Below, in pieces: positions 11,262 to 21,271 of a stretch of 64,000 nt of DNA. The position numbers and the translations under genes were made by a program. The notes beneath the pieces were generated by a model, which had not been told where the DNA came from, searched no databases, and saw nothing but the letters and a program-made list of their open reading frames with translations. Each line of letters starts with the position of its first letter. Position 1 is the stretch's first letter. This stretch comes from Nitrospirota bacterium (GTDB lineage Bacteria; Nitrospirota; UBA9217). The stretch spans positions 1,152,001 through 1,216,000 of the forward strand of contig OY760142.1 of NCBI GenBank assembly GCA_963663225.1, written 5' to 3'.

Positions 11262-12146
11262 CTACCGCTTTACCTCGATATGGGCCTGCTTTTCATAATA
11301 CCGCACAAGACTGCAGTGGTCGTTGTTGCCCATGCCGTCGACTTTGAGCGCCTGCATCATTTCCATTACCGCTGACGTAAGCGGCAGCGGCACGCCGACT
11401 TCATGGGACGTTTCCAGAACATTGCCGAGGTCTTTGATATGCAGATTGATGCGGAATCCCGGGTCGAATTTACGGTCCATAACCAGCGGAGCTTTTGCAT
11501 CAAGGACGGTGCTGCCTGCCAACCCTCCTCTGATGGCTTTATATACCAGCTCCGGCTCGACTCCGGCCTTGCTCGCCAGGACCAAAGCTTCAGACATGGC
11601 CGCAATATTAATAGCAACAATGATCTGGTTGGCGAGCTTTGTCACGTTGCCCGCGCCGATGTCGCCGGTCAGCACCACTGAGGCCGCCATGGCTTTCATG
11701 ATGGGAAAACATTTTTCAAAAATTTCCTTTTTACCGCCGACCATAACCGACAACGTGCCGTCAATCGCTTTCGGTTCTCCACCGCTCACCGGAGCATCTA
11801 GCATTTCTACGCCTTTTTCGGAGAGCTTCTTCGCCACTTCCCTGCTTACCAAGGGTGCGATAGAACTCATGTCAATGACAACAGCACCTGTTCGTGCGCC
11901 TTCGATAACTCCGTTTTCTCCTAAAACCACCTGTTTCACCTGTGGAGAATTAGGCAGCATGGTAATAATATAGTCCACCTGCTGCGCGACCTCTTTGGGA
12001 GTAGCAGCCGATTTTGCTCCCGCAGCAACAACGTCATCTACTGCTGCTTTCACAACATCACACACAACCAGCTCATAGCCTGCTTTGGCCAGATTTTTGC
12101 TCATGGGCTTGCCCATGATGCCGAGTCCGATAAATCCGATTTTCAT
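11262..12146 (-). CDS. garR: 2-hydroxy-3-oxopropionate (tartronate semialdehyde) reductase
   Basis: IGFIGLGIMGKPMSKNL, DAPVSGGE, KLANQ, GFRINLHIKDL. Confidence 0.9.
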   Translation of the reverse strand: MKIGFIGLGIMGKPMSKNLAKAGYELVVCDVVKAAVDDVVAAGAKSAATPKEVAQQVDYIITMLPNSPQVKQVVLGENGVIEGARTGAVVIDMSSIAPLVSREVAKKLSEKGVEMLDAPVSGGEPKAIDGTLSVMVGGKKEIFEKCFPIMKAMAASVVLTGDIGAGNVTKLANQIIVAINIAAMSEALVLASKAGVEPELVYKAIRGGLAGSTVLDAKAPLVMDRKFDPGFRINLHIKDLGNVLETSHEVGVPLPLTSAVMEMMQALKVDGMGNNDHCSLVRYYEKQAHIEVKR

Positions 12147-12180
12147 TGTCAGTGCTCCTTTTTTCAGAGATTTGCTTTCT

Positions 12181-12966
12181 TTATAAGTTATATCCAAAAT
12201 TCGAAATCCATTTTAGTGAAGAGCTGCTGTCGGGACTTGGTATGTATTCCAGCCCGATGAATCCCCGATAACCAAGTGCATCCAACTCCCTTATTATAAA
12301 GGGATAGTTTATTTCTCCGGTCCCGGGCTGGTGTCTGCCCGGATTATCTGCAATCTGTATATGGCCGATTTTAGCAATATGTTTGCGCAACGTGGCGGCA
12401 AGCTCGCCTTCTTCCCGCTGTGCGTGATAAACATCATACTGCATAAAAACATTCTGCATTCCGACTTCATCGATAAGCTTCATTACCTGGTCGGTTCTGT
12501 TCAGAACAAAACCGGGAATATCAAAATGGTTGATTGCTTCCACGACCAGCCGCAGATTCTTTTTTTGAAGAGCCTCTGCGGCAAACCGGACGTTGTCAAC
12601 CAGCGTTGCCCAGTGCCGGTTATCATCAATTCCGGGCCGTTTTTTTCCGGCAAGGCAATTAAGCTGGGGAACTCCAAGTTTTAATGCATAGTCCAGTGCC
12701 TTTTCGACACCTGCCCTGAACTCATTTACTCTCTCGGGATCGGCAGCTATACCGCGATCTCCTTTTGCCCAGTCTCCGCTCGGGAGGTTAAAAAGAACCT
12801 GCTGTTGTCCGTTTTTTTCCAATTGCGATTTCAGCGTGTCAGCGGGAAAGTCGTACGGAAACAGATATTCAACTGTTGTAAAACCGGCATTTTTGGCCAG
12901 GTCGAACCGTTCAAGAAACGGGACTTCGGTAAACAGCATTGTCAAATTCACTGCGAATTTCGGCAT
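12181..12966 (-). CDS. hyi: Hydroxypyruvate isomerase
   Basis: MPKFAVNLTMLF, VEYLFPY, HIQIADNPGRHQPGTGEINY. Confidence 0.9.
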   Translation of the reverse strand: MPKFAVNLTMLFTEVPFLERFDLAKNAGFTTVEYLFPYDFPADTLKSQLEKNGQQQVLFNLPSGDWAKGDRGIAADPERVNEFRAGVEKALDYALKLGVPQLNCLAGKKRPGIDDNRHWATLVDNVRFAAEALQKKNLRLVVEAINHFDIPGFVLNRTDQVMKLIDEVGMQNVFMQYDVYHAQREEGELAATLRKHIAKIGHIQIADNPGRHQPGTGEINYPFIIRELDALGYRGFIGLEYIPSPDSSSSLKWISNFGYNL

Positions 12967-13002
12967 ACGCATGCTCCTTTTTCCATAAATTGTCCTTCGT
13001 TG

Positions 13003-13899
13003 CTATTTTTTTATCAATTTCATTTTTATTAAAATATCTCTTAACTTGGCCATATTTGGTTCCGTGCAGTGATCTATGGGCTTTATGGGGTCACCCATAT
13101 TGATGCCCATCAGGTTGAGCGCGTCTTTCATGACAACCGGAAAACTGCCGAGTCCAAATCCGATCCGAAGCGGGGCAAGCCGGTACTGGGCCTCCAGAGA
13201 GCCTTTTATATCTCCTGCCATGAACTTATCATAAATTTCTACGACCAATGTCGGAGCAATATTGGCCGTGGCAGCAACGCATCCCCAGCCTCCATACGCA
13301 AGGGTGCCGAATATCATGGTGTCTCTGCCGGACATTACACGAAAGCCTCTGTCGCGGGTCCGTCGGATGTATTCTGACGTAAGCGTCATATCACCGCTGC
13401 TGTCTTTTGCCCCGACGATATTCGGCACATCCGCAAGCCGGTCGACCAGGTCTGCGGACATGTTAATATTGGTTCTGTCAGGATTGTTGTACAGAATGAT
13501 CGGAAGCGACGTGGATTCTGCAATGGCGCGAAAATGCCGGTACAGTTCCTCCTCGTTCGGTTTGATAAAAACGGGCGTCAATACCGTGACCGCCTGGGCC
13601 TTCAGCTCTTCAGCGAGTTTTGCGAGACTGATGCACTCGCGTGTCGTGATTTCACTTGCGCCTACATAAACGGGAACTCTTCCCCGTACCTGTTCCAAGG
13701 TGATTTCAATGGCCCGCCGTTTTTCTTCGGCGTTGATGCCATAAAATTCACCGGTGCTTCCCAGCACGAAAACACCATGCACCCCGCCCTTGATCACATA
13801 TTCAATCAGGTTTTCCAGACTTTTCCGTTCCACCCGGTCCTGAGCATCAACCGGCGTAATCAAGGGCGGTACAACCCCGCGGATGAATTGTGTATCCAT
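13003..13899 (-). CDS. DapA/NAL-family class I aldolase (keto-deoxy sugar-acid aldolase-like)
   Basis: GSTGE, LYNNP (Tyr), GAKDSSG (Schiff-base Lys). Confidence 0.85.
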   Translation of the reverse strand: MDTQFIRGVVPPLITPVDAQDRVERKSLENLIEYVIKGGVHGVFVLGSTGEFYGINAEEKRRAIEITLEQVRGRVPVYVGASEITTRECISLAKLAEELKAQAVTVLTPVFIKPNEEELYRHFRAIAESTSLPIILYNNPDRTNINMSADLVDRLADVPNIVGAKDSSGDMTLTSEYIRRTRDRGFRVMSGRDTMIFGTLAYGGWGCVAATANIAPTLVVEIYDKFMAGDIKGSLEAQYRLAPLRIGFGLGSFPVVMKDALNLMGINMGDPIKPIDHCTEPNMAKLRDILIKMKLIKK

Positions 13900-13956
13900 A
13901 ATACGGCGCCTCCTTTGTGATTTCAGTTTAATTTTCGCTTGATCTAAAACAGTGCA

Positions 13957-15642
13957 TTATGACAGCGTTGCACCTTCCGTAACGTCACCAACTTGCTTCA
14001 CGTAGCGTTTCAGAACCGGACTGTTAATTTCTTTTACTTTGATCTGCATTTTTTGTTTTCTACGGGCGAGTTCTTCATCGCTTACCAAAAGCGTTAGTGT
14101 TCTGCCGGGAATGTCTATGGTGATCGAGTCGCCTTCCTCAATATACGCTATCGTACCGCCCGCAGCGGCTTCCGGTGCGATGTGACCGATGCAGGGCCCC
14201 CGGGTCGCTCCGGAGAACCGTCCATCCGTGATGATCGCGCTTGTTTTCCCGAGACCGACACCCATAAGCGCCGCCGTGGCGGAAAACATCTCCGGCATCC
14301 CCGGCGCGCCTTTAGGCCCTTCATACCGGATTACCACGATGTCTCCCGGTTTAATTTTGTCTTCATAAATGGCTTTTTCCGCTTCGTTTTCTGAGTCAAA
14401 TACCCGCGCGGGGCCTGTATGCTGCATCATGTTCGGGTCCACGCCTGTCTGCTTGACAATGCAGCCTTTTGGGGCGATATTGCCCTTCAGAATGGCATAA
14501 CTCCCCTGTGCATGGACCGGATTGTCCAGAGGTCGGATGACTTCTTTGTTTTTGTTGATCGCTTCCTCGGCAATCCGGCCAAGCGTCAATCCTGAGCACG
14601 TTTTTTGGTTTGATTTGAGATGCGGCAGTAATTCCTTAAGCAGCGCCGGTACGCCGCCGGCAAGCTCAAAATCCCATAAGGTGTGCGGACCCGCTGTTTT
14701 GAGATTGATGATGTGGGGTGTTTGCCTGCTTGCTTCTTCAATGTCGTCAAGCGTGATGCGAATGCCCATTTCCCTGGCAATTGCGGGAATGTGAATGGCT
14801 GCATTGCTCGATCCGCCGAATGCCGCAATGAATTTCAAGAGATTAAGAAAACTGTCTCTGTTGATATAATCTGCAGGCTTGATATCTTCGCGAACCATCC
14901 GCACGATTTCGCGGCCGCTCTGAATGGCGATTCTTTTTTTGGCAGACGTTACCGCGTGAGATGCACCGCATCCCGGCAGGCTCATGCCCAGAACTTCCGC
15001 GGCACAGGACATGGTGTTCGCGGTTCCGTTCATGGCACAGGAACCGGCGCCCGGACAAACGGAACATTCAAGCTCCTTTGCTTCCTCATCGGTATACTCG
15101 TCTTTTACCCATTTCCCGACCCCTTCCCGCATGTCGGGTATTGCGACGGACTTTCCCTTGAATACACCCGGCATCATCGGACCGCCGGTCACCATCACAG
15201 CCGGAATATTCAGCCTTCCGATGGCCATCATCATGCCGGGGACTATCTTGTCGCAGGAACAAAGGCAGACAAGGCCGTCCAGCTGCTGCCCCTGTGCCAT
15301 GAGTTCTATGCTGTCGACAATAAAATCGCGGCTCGGCAGCGTAAACCGCATACCCACATGTCCATGCACGATTCCGTCGCACAGGGCGATTGTGTTAAAT
15401 TCCCAGGGAATTCCGCCTGACGCCCAGACCCCTTTCTTTACCTCCTCGGCCAGAGCTCTGAGGTGCACATGTCCGGGATGCATTTCGTTCCAGGAATTGG
15501 CTATTCCAATAAACGGTTTTTCAAAATCACCATCAAGCAACCCCAGAGACCGCAGGTGTGCGCGATGTCCGGCTCGGTTCGGTCCGCAAACAACGGCTTT
15601 GCTCCTGAAGGTTTTGGCAACGGGAAAATAGTCTTTTTTCAT
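13957..15642 (-). CDS. IlvD/Edd-family dehydratase, probably a sugar-acid dehydratase by context
   Basis: CDKIVPG, GTANTM, RYEGPKGAPGMPEM, TDGRFSGAT. Confidence 0.9.
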   Translation of the reverse strand: MKKDYFPVAKTFRSKAVVCGPNRAGHRAHLRSLGLLDGDFEKPFIGIANSWNEMHPGHVHLRALAEEVKKGVWASGGIPWEFNTIALCDGIVHGHVGMRFTLPSRDFIVDSIELMAQGQQLDGLVCLCSCDKIVPGMMMAIGRLNIPAVMVTGGPMMPGVFKGKSVAIPDMREGVGKWVKDEYTDEEAKELECSVCPGAGSCAMNGTANTMSCAAEVLGMSLPGCGASHAVTSAKKRIAIQSGREIVRMVREDIKPADYINRDSFLNLLKFIAAFGGSSNAAIHIPAIAREMGIRITLDDIEEASRQTPHIINLKTAGPHTLWDFELAGGVPALLKELLPHLKSNQKTCSGLTLGRIAEEAINKNKEVIRPLDNPVHAQGSYAILKGNIAPKGCIVKQTGVDPNMMQHTGPARVFDSENEAEKAIYEDKIKPGDIVVIRYEGPKGAPGMPEMFSATAALMGVGLGKTSAIITDGRFSGATRGPCIGHIAPEAAAGGTIAYIEEGDSITIDIPGRTLTLLVSDEELARRKQKMQIKVKEINSPVLKRYVKQVGDVTEGATLS

Positions 15643-15813
15643 ATTTTACCTCTCACTCTTCGTGATTCGGGTCGCGCAATTGCTCGTTTAAGACATTGTT
15701 GGAACTTCCTTCGCTTTTACACGCTGCACGTTGTTCATAAACCATGTTTCCTTCTTGACAGCCCTGACGGTCCTGCTGTTTCAATCGCAGAAGTTATTAT
15801 GGTGTTCATATCT

Positions 15814-16476
15814 TCATGCGGTTCTTTTCTTTACTCTTATTGTGGTAAGGTGAATATGATTTCTGATCGCTTCTTCCGCCCTGTCGAGATCCCTTGCCGC
15901 AATTTTTTCGAAAATTTGTTTGTGTTCCTTTAGCGCAAGATTCAGCTCGCCTACTCGCGACAGTGCAATTCTCCTGAAATGTCGATCATAAGAATGAATG
16001 GCCTCTATTTGCTTGGACACATAATTATTTTTGGCAAAGGTCCTTATAAGCTTATGAAAATGTGCATTCAGATCTATTATTTTTTCAATATCCTGCCTTT
16101 TTGTATAAACTTCCATCTCTTTGATCACATCGCGCAATTGTTGAATCTCGTCATCGGTTATTTTAGTGGCTGCCAGGCGTGCAGCCACACCTTCGAGCGC
16201 GGCTCTGACCAGATTGATTTCTTCGAGGGAGTTCATAATATCATTCGAAACAAAGGTGCCTACTCGGGGTCTCGTAACAACCAGACCCTCCTGCTTCAGG
16301 AGCCCTATCGCCTCTTTCAGGGGTGTCGTGCTGATATTGAATTGACTGGCTATTTCCCGTTCAACCAAATGATCTCCGGGTTTATAACGCTCTGTTAATA
16401 TTGCTTCTTTTATTTTTTCATACACAACATCTCTTACAAGCCGAGTTTCTGAATCTATTTTTACTGAATAATTCAT
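15814..16476 (-). CDS. GntR-family (FCD) transcriptional regulator
   Basis: N-terminal wHTH (PGDHLVE..IS.TP..EA), C-terminal FCD (FH..I, EH..I). Confidence 0.9.
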   Translation of the reverse strand: MNYSVKIDSETRLVRDVVYEKIKEAILTERYKPGDHLVEREIASQFNISTTPLKEAIGLLKQEGLVVTRPRVGTFVSNDIMNSLEEINLVRAALEGVAARLAATKITDDEIQQLRDVIKEMEVYTKRQDIEKIIDLNAHFHKLIRTFAKNNYVSKQIEAIHSYDRHFRRIALSRVGELNLALKEHKQIFEKIAARDLDRAEEAIRNHIHLTTIRVKKRTA

Positions 16477-16506
16477 TACTATACCGCCCTCACACTGATA
16501 TTTGAG

Positions 16507-16548
16507 ATCTGATATATCAGATTATAGCGAAACGTTCCTGCTTGTCAA
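16507..16548 (-). promoter_or_regulatory. sigma70 promoter with overlapping perfect palindrome (putative GntR operator)
   Basis: TTGACA-16 bp-TATAAT (minus); ATCTGATATATCAGAT at 16507-16522. Confidence 0.7.
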
Positions 16549-16573
16549 CATCTTTTCGTAAATCAAATCCGGA

Positions 16574-17455
16574 TCATTTTATTATTTTCAGGTCTCTTAC
16601 GGGATTTATCAATGGTGCGAAGCCGTCGATCCGGCACTCCAACACATCGTTGTTGTTGATAGAAACGGCACGAGGGGTGCCGGTCAAGAGAACATCGCCC
16701 GGCAGCATCGTTGCAACATGAGAATGAAAGGAAACAAGGTATGACGGAGGAAAGGTCATGTTGGCAATTACATTTTGAGCATGGATTTTTCCATTCAGGA
16801 CCGTGGCCACGTTGATCTTTAAAATATCACCAATCTCGTCAGGAGTCACCAGAACTGGTCCAAAGCTTAAAAATGTATCGAAATTTTTTGATCTGGTGAG
16901 GTATCGCGGATTGATCCTGAGAATATCTTCCGCGGTCATATCAAGCACGGTAGTAAAACCGGCAACAACGCTCAACCAGTTTTTTTCTTCTACATCCTTG
17001 CACCGCTTGCCGTAAATAACCGCGAGTTCTGCTTCGCCGGTTGTTTTTTCTGACTGGAGCGGAATTTTAATGGCGTCGCCCGCTCCGACAATTGTGGTGT
17101 CAAATTTGTTAAAGCTGGCCGGCGCGGCCGTGGGTGCTTTTTCCGCTAAATCGCCAGCATGGTCCACATAGTTGAGGCCAATTCCCCAGATTTTGCGCGG
17201 ATACCGGTACAGCGGAGCAAAGCGAACTTTTTCCTTGGGTAAGGCGTCCGCTGCCATCGATGTTACACGGTCCTTGCCTTCGGCAGCGTACCACGATTTC
17301 ATGGCTTCCAGCTGGCCCGAACTGATGATTTCGAACAGATCAGTTGCCCAGTTCGTCCCGATTTTCGCATTGATAATGCTGATCGGAAACAGACCTGCCT
17401 CGGTACACAGTGCAGCGGTTTCGCTGTTATCAAGTTTGATTGTCGCCAACCTCAT
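16574..17455 (-). CDS. Fumarylacetoacetate-hydrolase-family protein
   Basis: IGLNY, EAELAV, SKNFDTF, PGDVLLTGTP. Confidence 0.9.
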   Translation of the reverse strand: MRLATIKLDNSETAALCTEAGLFPISIINAKIGTNWATDLFEIISSGQLEAMKSWYAAEGKDRVTSMAADALPKEKVRFAPLYRYPRKIWGIGLNYVDHAGDLAEKAPTAAPASFNKFDTTIVGAGDAIKIPLQSEKTTGEAELAVIYGKRCKDVEEKNWLSVVAGFTTVLDMTAEDILRINPRYLTRSKNFDTFLSFGPVLVTPDEIGDILKINVATVLNGKIHAQNVIANMTFPPSYLVSFHSHVATMLPGDVLLTGTPRAVSINNNDVLECRIDGFAPLINPVRDLKIIK

Positions 17456-17481
17456 TGAGACGCTCCCTGAACGTTTCTCCC

Positions 17482-18516
17482 TTACCGCGCGACTTTCTCG
17501 CGGTAGCCGTAGCCCTGCGAAACACTCCGCCCAATCCCCTGGATTTTTGCGGTGATGCAGCCTCTGCAGTGAGACGGGGTATCGCCGACGCAGATCTTGC
17601 CGGGATAGAGCGCATACATTCTGCGGTAATCTCCCTCGGTCACATTGGGCATAACAACGTTCGCGCCGCTCTGCAGCCCGATTATCCTGCCTTTTTCGTT
17701 CAGTGTTTCCATTGCCGTTGTGGCCGGAATGTTTATATCGGGCAGAAGCAGCCGCGTAATGGCCATAACTTTTATACTCAATTCAAAAGTTCCTCCGGCG
17801 GCATTTCCGAGCGGGGTGTCCGGGTTTGGAATAAAGGGGCCAACGCCGATCATGTCGGCTCCGATATTTCTGAAAAAAAGAATATCGTCGGCAAGCGACT
17901 CCAGTGTTTGCCCCGGCAATCCGACCAGGCAGCCGGTGCCAAGCTCATATCCAAGCTCCTTCAGGTCCCGCAGACATCGAACTCGATTTTCAAAGTGCAT
18001 GCCCGGGCTCATTGTTTCATACAGGTTCCTGTCGGTTGTCTCTATCCGCAAAAGATACCGGTCTGCGCCTGCATCCAGGTATGCCAGGTACTCTTCGCGC
18101 GTTTTTTCTCCGATGCTGAGCGTAATGGCGACATCAAGCGCCTTGATGGCTTTGATAATGCGCACCATCTCTTCGAGTGAATAGAATTCGCCTTCGCCAG
18201 CCTGCAGCACAACGGTTTTGTAGCCGTTGGACGCGGCTTTTACGGCAAAATCGATTATTGTATCGGGTTCAAGCCGATAGCGTTCAAGTCTGGCATTGTC
18301 CCGTCGCAATCCGCAATAGAGGCAGTTCTGGTCGCAGCAATTGGTGAACTCGATCAATCCTCGCAGATGAACTTCATCGCCGACATATTTTCTGCGCACT
18401 CTGTCCGCGGCAGCAAAAAGCTCCGCATCACGTTCCGGAGTTTGAAGCAACGCGACGATCTCCCGCCTTGTCAGGTCATGCGTTGTCTCGGCTTTTTTGA
18501 CGATGTCTGCTTGCAC
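17482..18516 (-). CDS. hydE: [FeFe]-hydrogenase maturase HydE (radical SAM)
   Basis: LRGLIEFTN, CDQNCLYC, YLLRIET, GANVVMPN, YALYPGK. Confidence 0.93.
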   Translation of the reverse strand: MQADIVKKAETTHDLTRREIVALLQTPERDAELFAAADRVRRKYVGDEVHLRGLIEFTNCCDQNCLYCGLRRDNARLERYRLEPDTIIDFAVKAASNGYKTVVLQAGEGEFYSLEEMVRIIKAIKALDVAITLSIGEKTREEYLAYLDAGADRYLLRIETTDRNLYETMSPGMHFENRVRCLRDLKELGYELGTGCLVGLPGQTLESLADDILFFRNIGADMIGVGPFIPNPDTPLGNAAGGTFELSIKVMAITRLLLPDINIPATTAMETLNEKGRIIGLQSGANVVMPNVTEGDYRRMYALYPGKICVGDTPSHCRGCITAKIQGIGRSVSQGYGYREKVAR

Positions 18517-18520
18517 CTTT

Positions 18521-19765
18521 TTATTTCTCCTTCAAAGCCTTGCGCGCCGACTGAAAAACACTGAGGGCCGCGGGAAAAGGCTCCAGGGCCCGTTCAAAGA
18601 TGCCGAGGCTGTATGCTATGGCAAGGCCGTAATTGGTAATCGGCACCCCGGCTTCGCTGCAGCGTCGAATGCGGTTAATCATCTCGCGGCGGTTCATGGT
18701 GCAGGCGCCGCAATGGATTACCAGTTTGTAGGAAGGAAGGTCCTCCGGGAAATCGTGCCCTTGATAATGCACAAATTCAAGTTTGCCGCCGACATATTGG
18801 GTAAGCCAGCGGGGGATTTTTACCCTGCCGATGTCCTCGCCGATAGGATGGTGCGTGCACGCCTCGGCAATAAGCACTCTGTCTCCGGCCTTGAGCCGGT
18901 CCACTGCCATAGCGCCTTCCACTTGTTTTGTCAAATCCCCTTTATACCGCGCAAATAAAATCGAAAAACCGGTGAGAGGAATCTCGCGCGGGACATCGGC
19001 CGTCACCTTCAGAAAAGCCTGGGAATCGGTCACGACGAGCTTTGGCGGAGTCGTCAGCCGGGCAAGCGCGGTGCGCAACTCCCGTTCCTTCACCACCATG
19101 CAGAAGGCATCGCTGTCGAGAAGATCCCGTATCGCCTGGACCTGCGGCAAAATCAGTCGTCCCTTGGGTGCCTCCTTATCAATGGGAACGACGAGAACCG
19201 CCATTTCACCGGCGCCGACAAGATCACCGAGAATTGCCGGCGGCTGCAGACACTCTGCCGGGACCTTGGCGAGCATCGCCTGGCGCAGCGATTCAAGGCC
19301 AAAACCGGTCATCGCAGAAACGGCAACTGCTGCATTTCGATAGTGCTCGGGTACTGATGCCCGTTTTTCAGTGTTCTGGATCGTGTCGGATTTATTGACG
19401 GCAATGATGATCGGAACTCCCCGCCTCGAAAGTTCTTCCGCCAGCAGATTCTCATACTCGCTCCAGGCATCCGGCTCGGCGACAAGAACCGCAAGGTCTG
19501 TGCGGTCGAAAACCTGCCGCGTCTTTTTAATACGCAGTCCGCCGAGCGCCCCGACGTCATCAATGCCGGCCGTGTCAATAAACAGGACCGGGCCGAGAGG
19601 CTGAAGCTCCATCGGCTTTTCGACGGGGTCGGTGGTGGTCCCTGCAATATCGGACACAATCGAGACCTGCTGTCGCGTCAGCGCGTTCAGCAAACTCGAC
19701 TTGCCCACATTTCTGCGTCCGAAAATGCCGATATGAATACGCATTCCTTTTGAAGCGGTTTGCAT
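18521..19765 (-). CDS. hydF: [FeFe]-hydrogenase maturation GTPase HydF
   Basis: GRRNVGKSS, DTAG, NKSD, CTHH, HCGAC. Confidence 0.96.
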   Translation of the reverse strand: MQTASKGMRIHIGIFGRRNVGKSSLLNALTRQQVSIVSDIAGTTTDPVEKPMELQPLGPVLFIDTAGIDDVGALGGLRIKKTRQVFDRTDLAVLVAEPDAWSEYENLLAEELSRRGVPIIIAVNKSDTIQNTEKRASVPEHYRNAAVAVSAMTGFGLESLRQAMLAKVPAECLQPPAILGDLVGAGEMAVLVVPIDKEAPKGRLILPQVQAIRDLLDSDAFCMVVKERELRTALARLTTPPKLVVTDSQAFLKVTADVPREIPLTGFSILFARYKGDLTKQVEGAMAVDRLKAGDRVLIAEACTHHPIGEDIGRVKIPRWLTQYVGGKLEFVHYQGHDFPEDLPSYKLVIHCGACTMNRREMINRIRRCSEAGVPITNYGLAIAYSLGIFERALEPFPAALSVFQSARKALKEK

Positions 19766-19786
19766 AAAACTCCCGTTTTTTCGAAT

Positions 19787-21193
19787 TTAATGCCCCAGCT
19801 TACACACGGCTTCGGGGCTTATTGCTGCATCAAACTCCGCTGCCGTCATCCAAGCATTGGCAAGAACGACTTCCCGGAGTGTTTTCCCGTCCGTCTGCGC
19901 TTGTTTCAGGGCTTCACACGCTTTTTCATAGCCGAGCAACGGCAGAAGTGCGGTTGCGGTTGCGGTGGACGTTTCAATATGGAGGGCACAGCGTTTTTCA
20001 TTTGCTTCAATCCCGTTAATACACAACTCCCGGAAAATCCGGCAACTCCGCGCCGATAGTTCAAGGCTCTCAAGCAGACAAACCGCAATAAGCGGCATAA
20101 AAGGATTAAGCTCCAGCGTGCCTGACGCGCATGCCATCGAAAGCGCCGCTTCATAGCCGTACACCATCATGGCCGCCTGCCCGACTGCCTCAGGGATGAC
20201 AGGGTTTACTTTGCCCGGCATAATGGAGGACCCTGCCTGGCGCGGCGGCAGCTTGATTTCGCCGATCCCTGCTTCTGGTCCGGAGGAGAGAAGCCGCATA
20301 TCATTGCTCACCTTCCAGAGCGAGGCAGCGAGCGCCTTGACCATTCCCATGACTTCTACGAAAACATCCGTGTTCTGGGTCGCTTCAACGAGATTTTCAG
20401 CCCTGGCAAAACCGATGCCGGTGAGTTCGCGCAGTTTATCAACGACACGGAAAATATATTCCCGTTCTGCCGCAAGCCCGGTCCCCACGGCAGTGCCGCC
20501 AAGATTCACAACCCGCAGACGCTCTTCACACTTGGAAAGCCGCCAGCGGTCTCGGTTAAACGCCTCTGCATATGCAGACATTTCTCTGCCCAGCGTGATA
20601 AGAACCGCGTCCTGCATCTCGGTGCGGCCCATTTTCACGATATGCGCCATTCGCTTTTCAGTATTCTGAAATGACTCCTGAAGTTTTACGACCTCTTCTT
20701 CAAGCCGGCGCGTTCCCCATATGGCTGCCAGGCGAAGTGCCGTCGGGTAGGTGTCGTTCGTGGATTGATTGCGATTCAGGTCCTCGACAGGGGAAACGAG
20801 GCTGTAGGTTCCCTGCGGCTTGCCAAGAAGTTCGAGCGCCCTGTTCGCCAGGACTTCATTGACATTCATGTTGGTGCTCGTCCCCGCGCCTCCCTGCAGC
20901 TGATCGACGGTAATGTGATGATTCAAGGCGCCTTCGGCCATTTCGCGGCACGCAGCAAGAATGGCATCGGCTTTTTCCGGAAGGCTGTTCCATGCACCCA
21001 GGTCTTGGTTCGTTGCAGCACAGGCCCACTTGACCATCCCGTATGCCCTGGCAAGGACGCCGGGAATGGGCCTTCCTGTTAGCGGAAAGTTTTCCAGAGC
21101 CCGGAGCGTGTGAATGCCATACAATGCTCCTTCGGGAATCTCCCGCTCTCCGAGAAAGTCATGTTCTTTTCGTTTTTTCGATACATCTGACAT
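19787..21193 (-). CDS. aspA: Aspartate ammonia-lyase
   Basis: QGGAGTSTNMNVNEV, QSTND, GSSIMPGKVNPVIPE. Confidence 0.9.
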   Translation of the reverse strand: MSDVSKKRKEHDFLGEREIPEGALYGIHTLRALENFPLTGRPIPGVLARAYGMVKWACAATNQDLGAWNSLPEKADAILAACREMAEGALNHHITVDQLQGGAGTSTNMNVNEVLANRALELLGKPQGTYSLVSPVEDLNRNQSTNDTYPTALRLAAIWGTRRLEEEVVKLQESFQNTEKRMAHIVKMGRTEMQDAVLITLGREMSAYAEAFNRDRWRLSKCEERLRVVNLGGTAVGTGLAAEREYIFRVVDKLRELTGIGFARAENLVEATQNTDVFVEVMGMVKALAASLWKVSNDMRLLSSGPEAGIGEIKLPPRQAGSSIMPGKVNPVIPEAVGQAAMMVYGYEAALSMACASGTLELNPFMPLIAVCLLESLELSARSCRIFRELCINGIEANEKRCALHIETSTATATALLPLLGYEKACEALKQAQTDGKTLREVVLANAWMTAAEFDAAISPEAVCKLGH

Positions 21194-21271
21194 AGTGGTC
21201 ACCGGTCCCGGTTGAGGACTGCTGGTTGGCAAAAGCTTGCCTGCCCAGATGCGGGATCAGCCTTTTATTTT

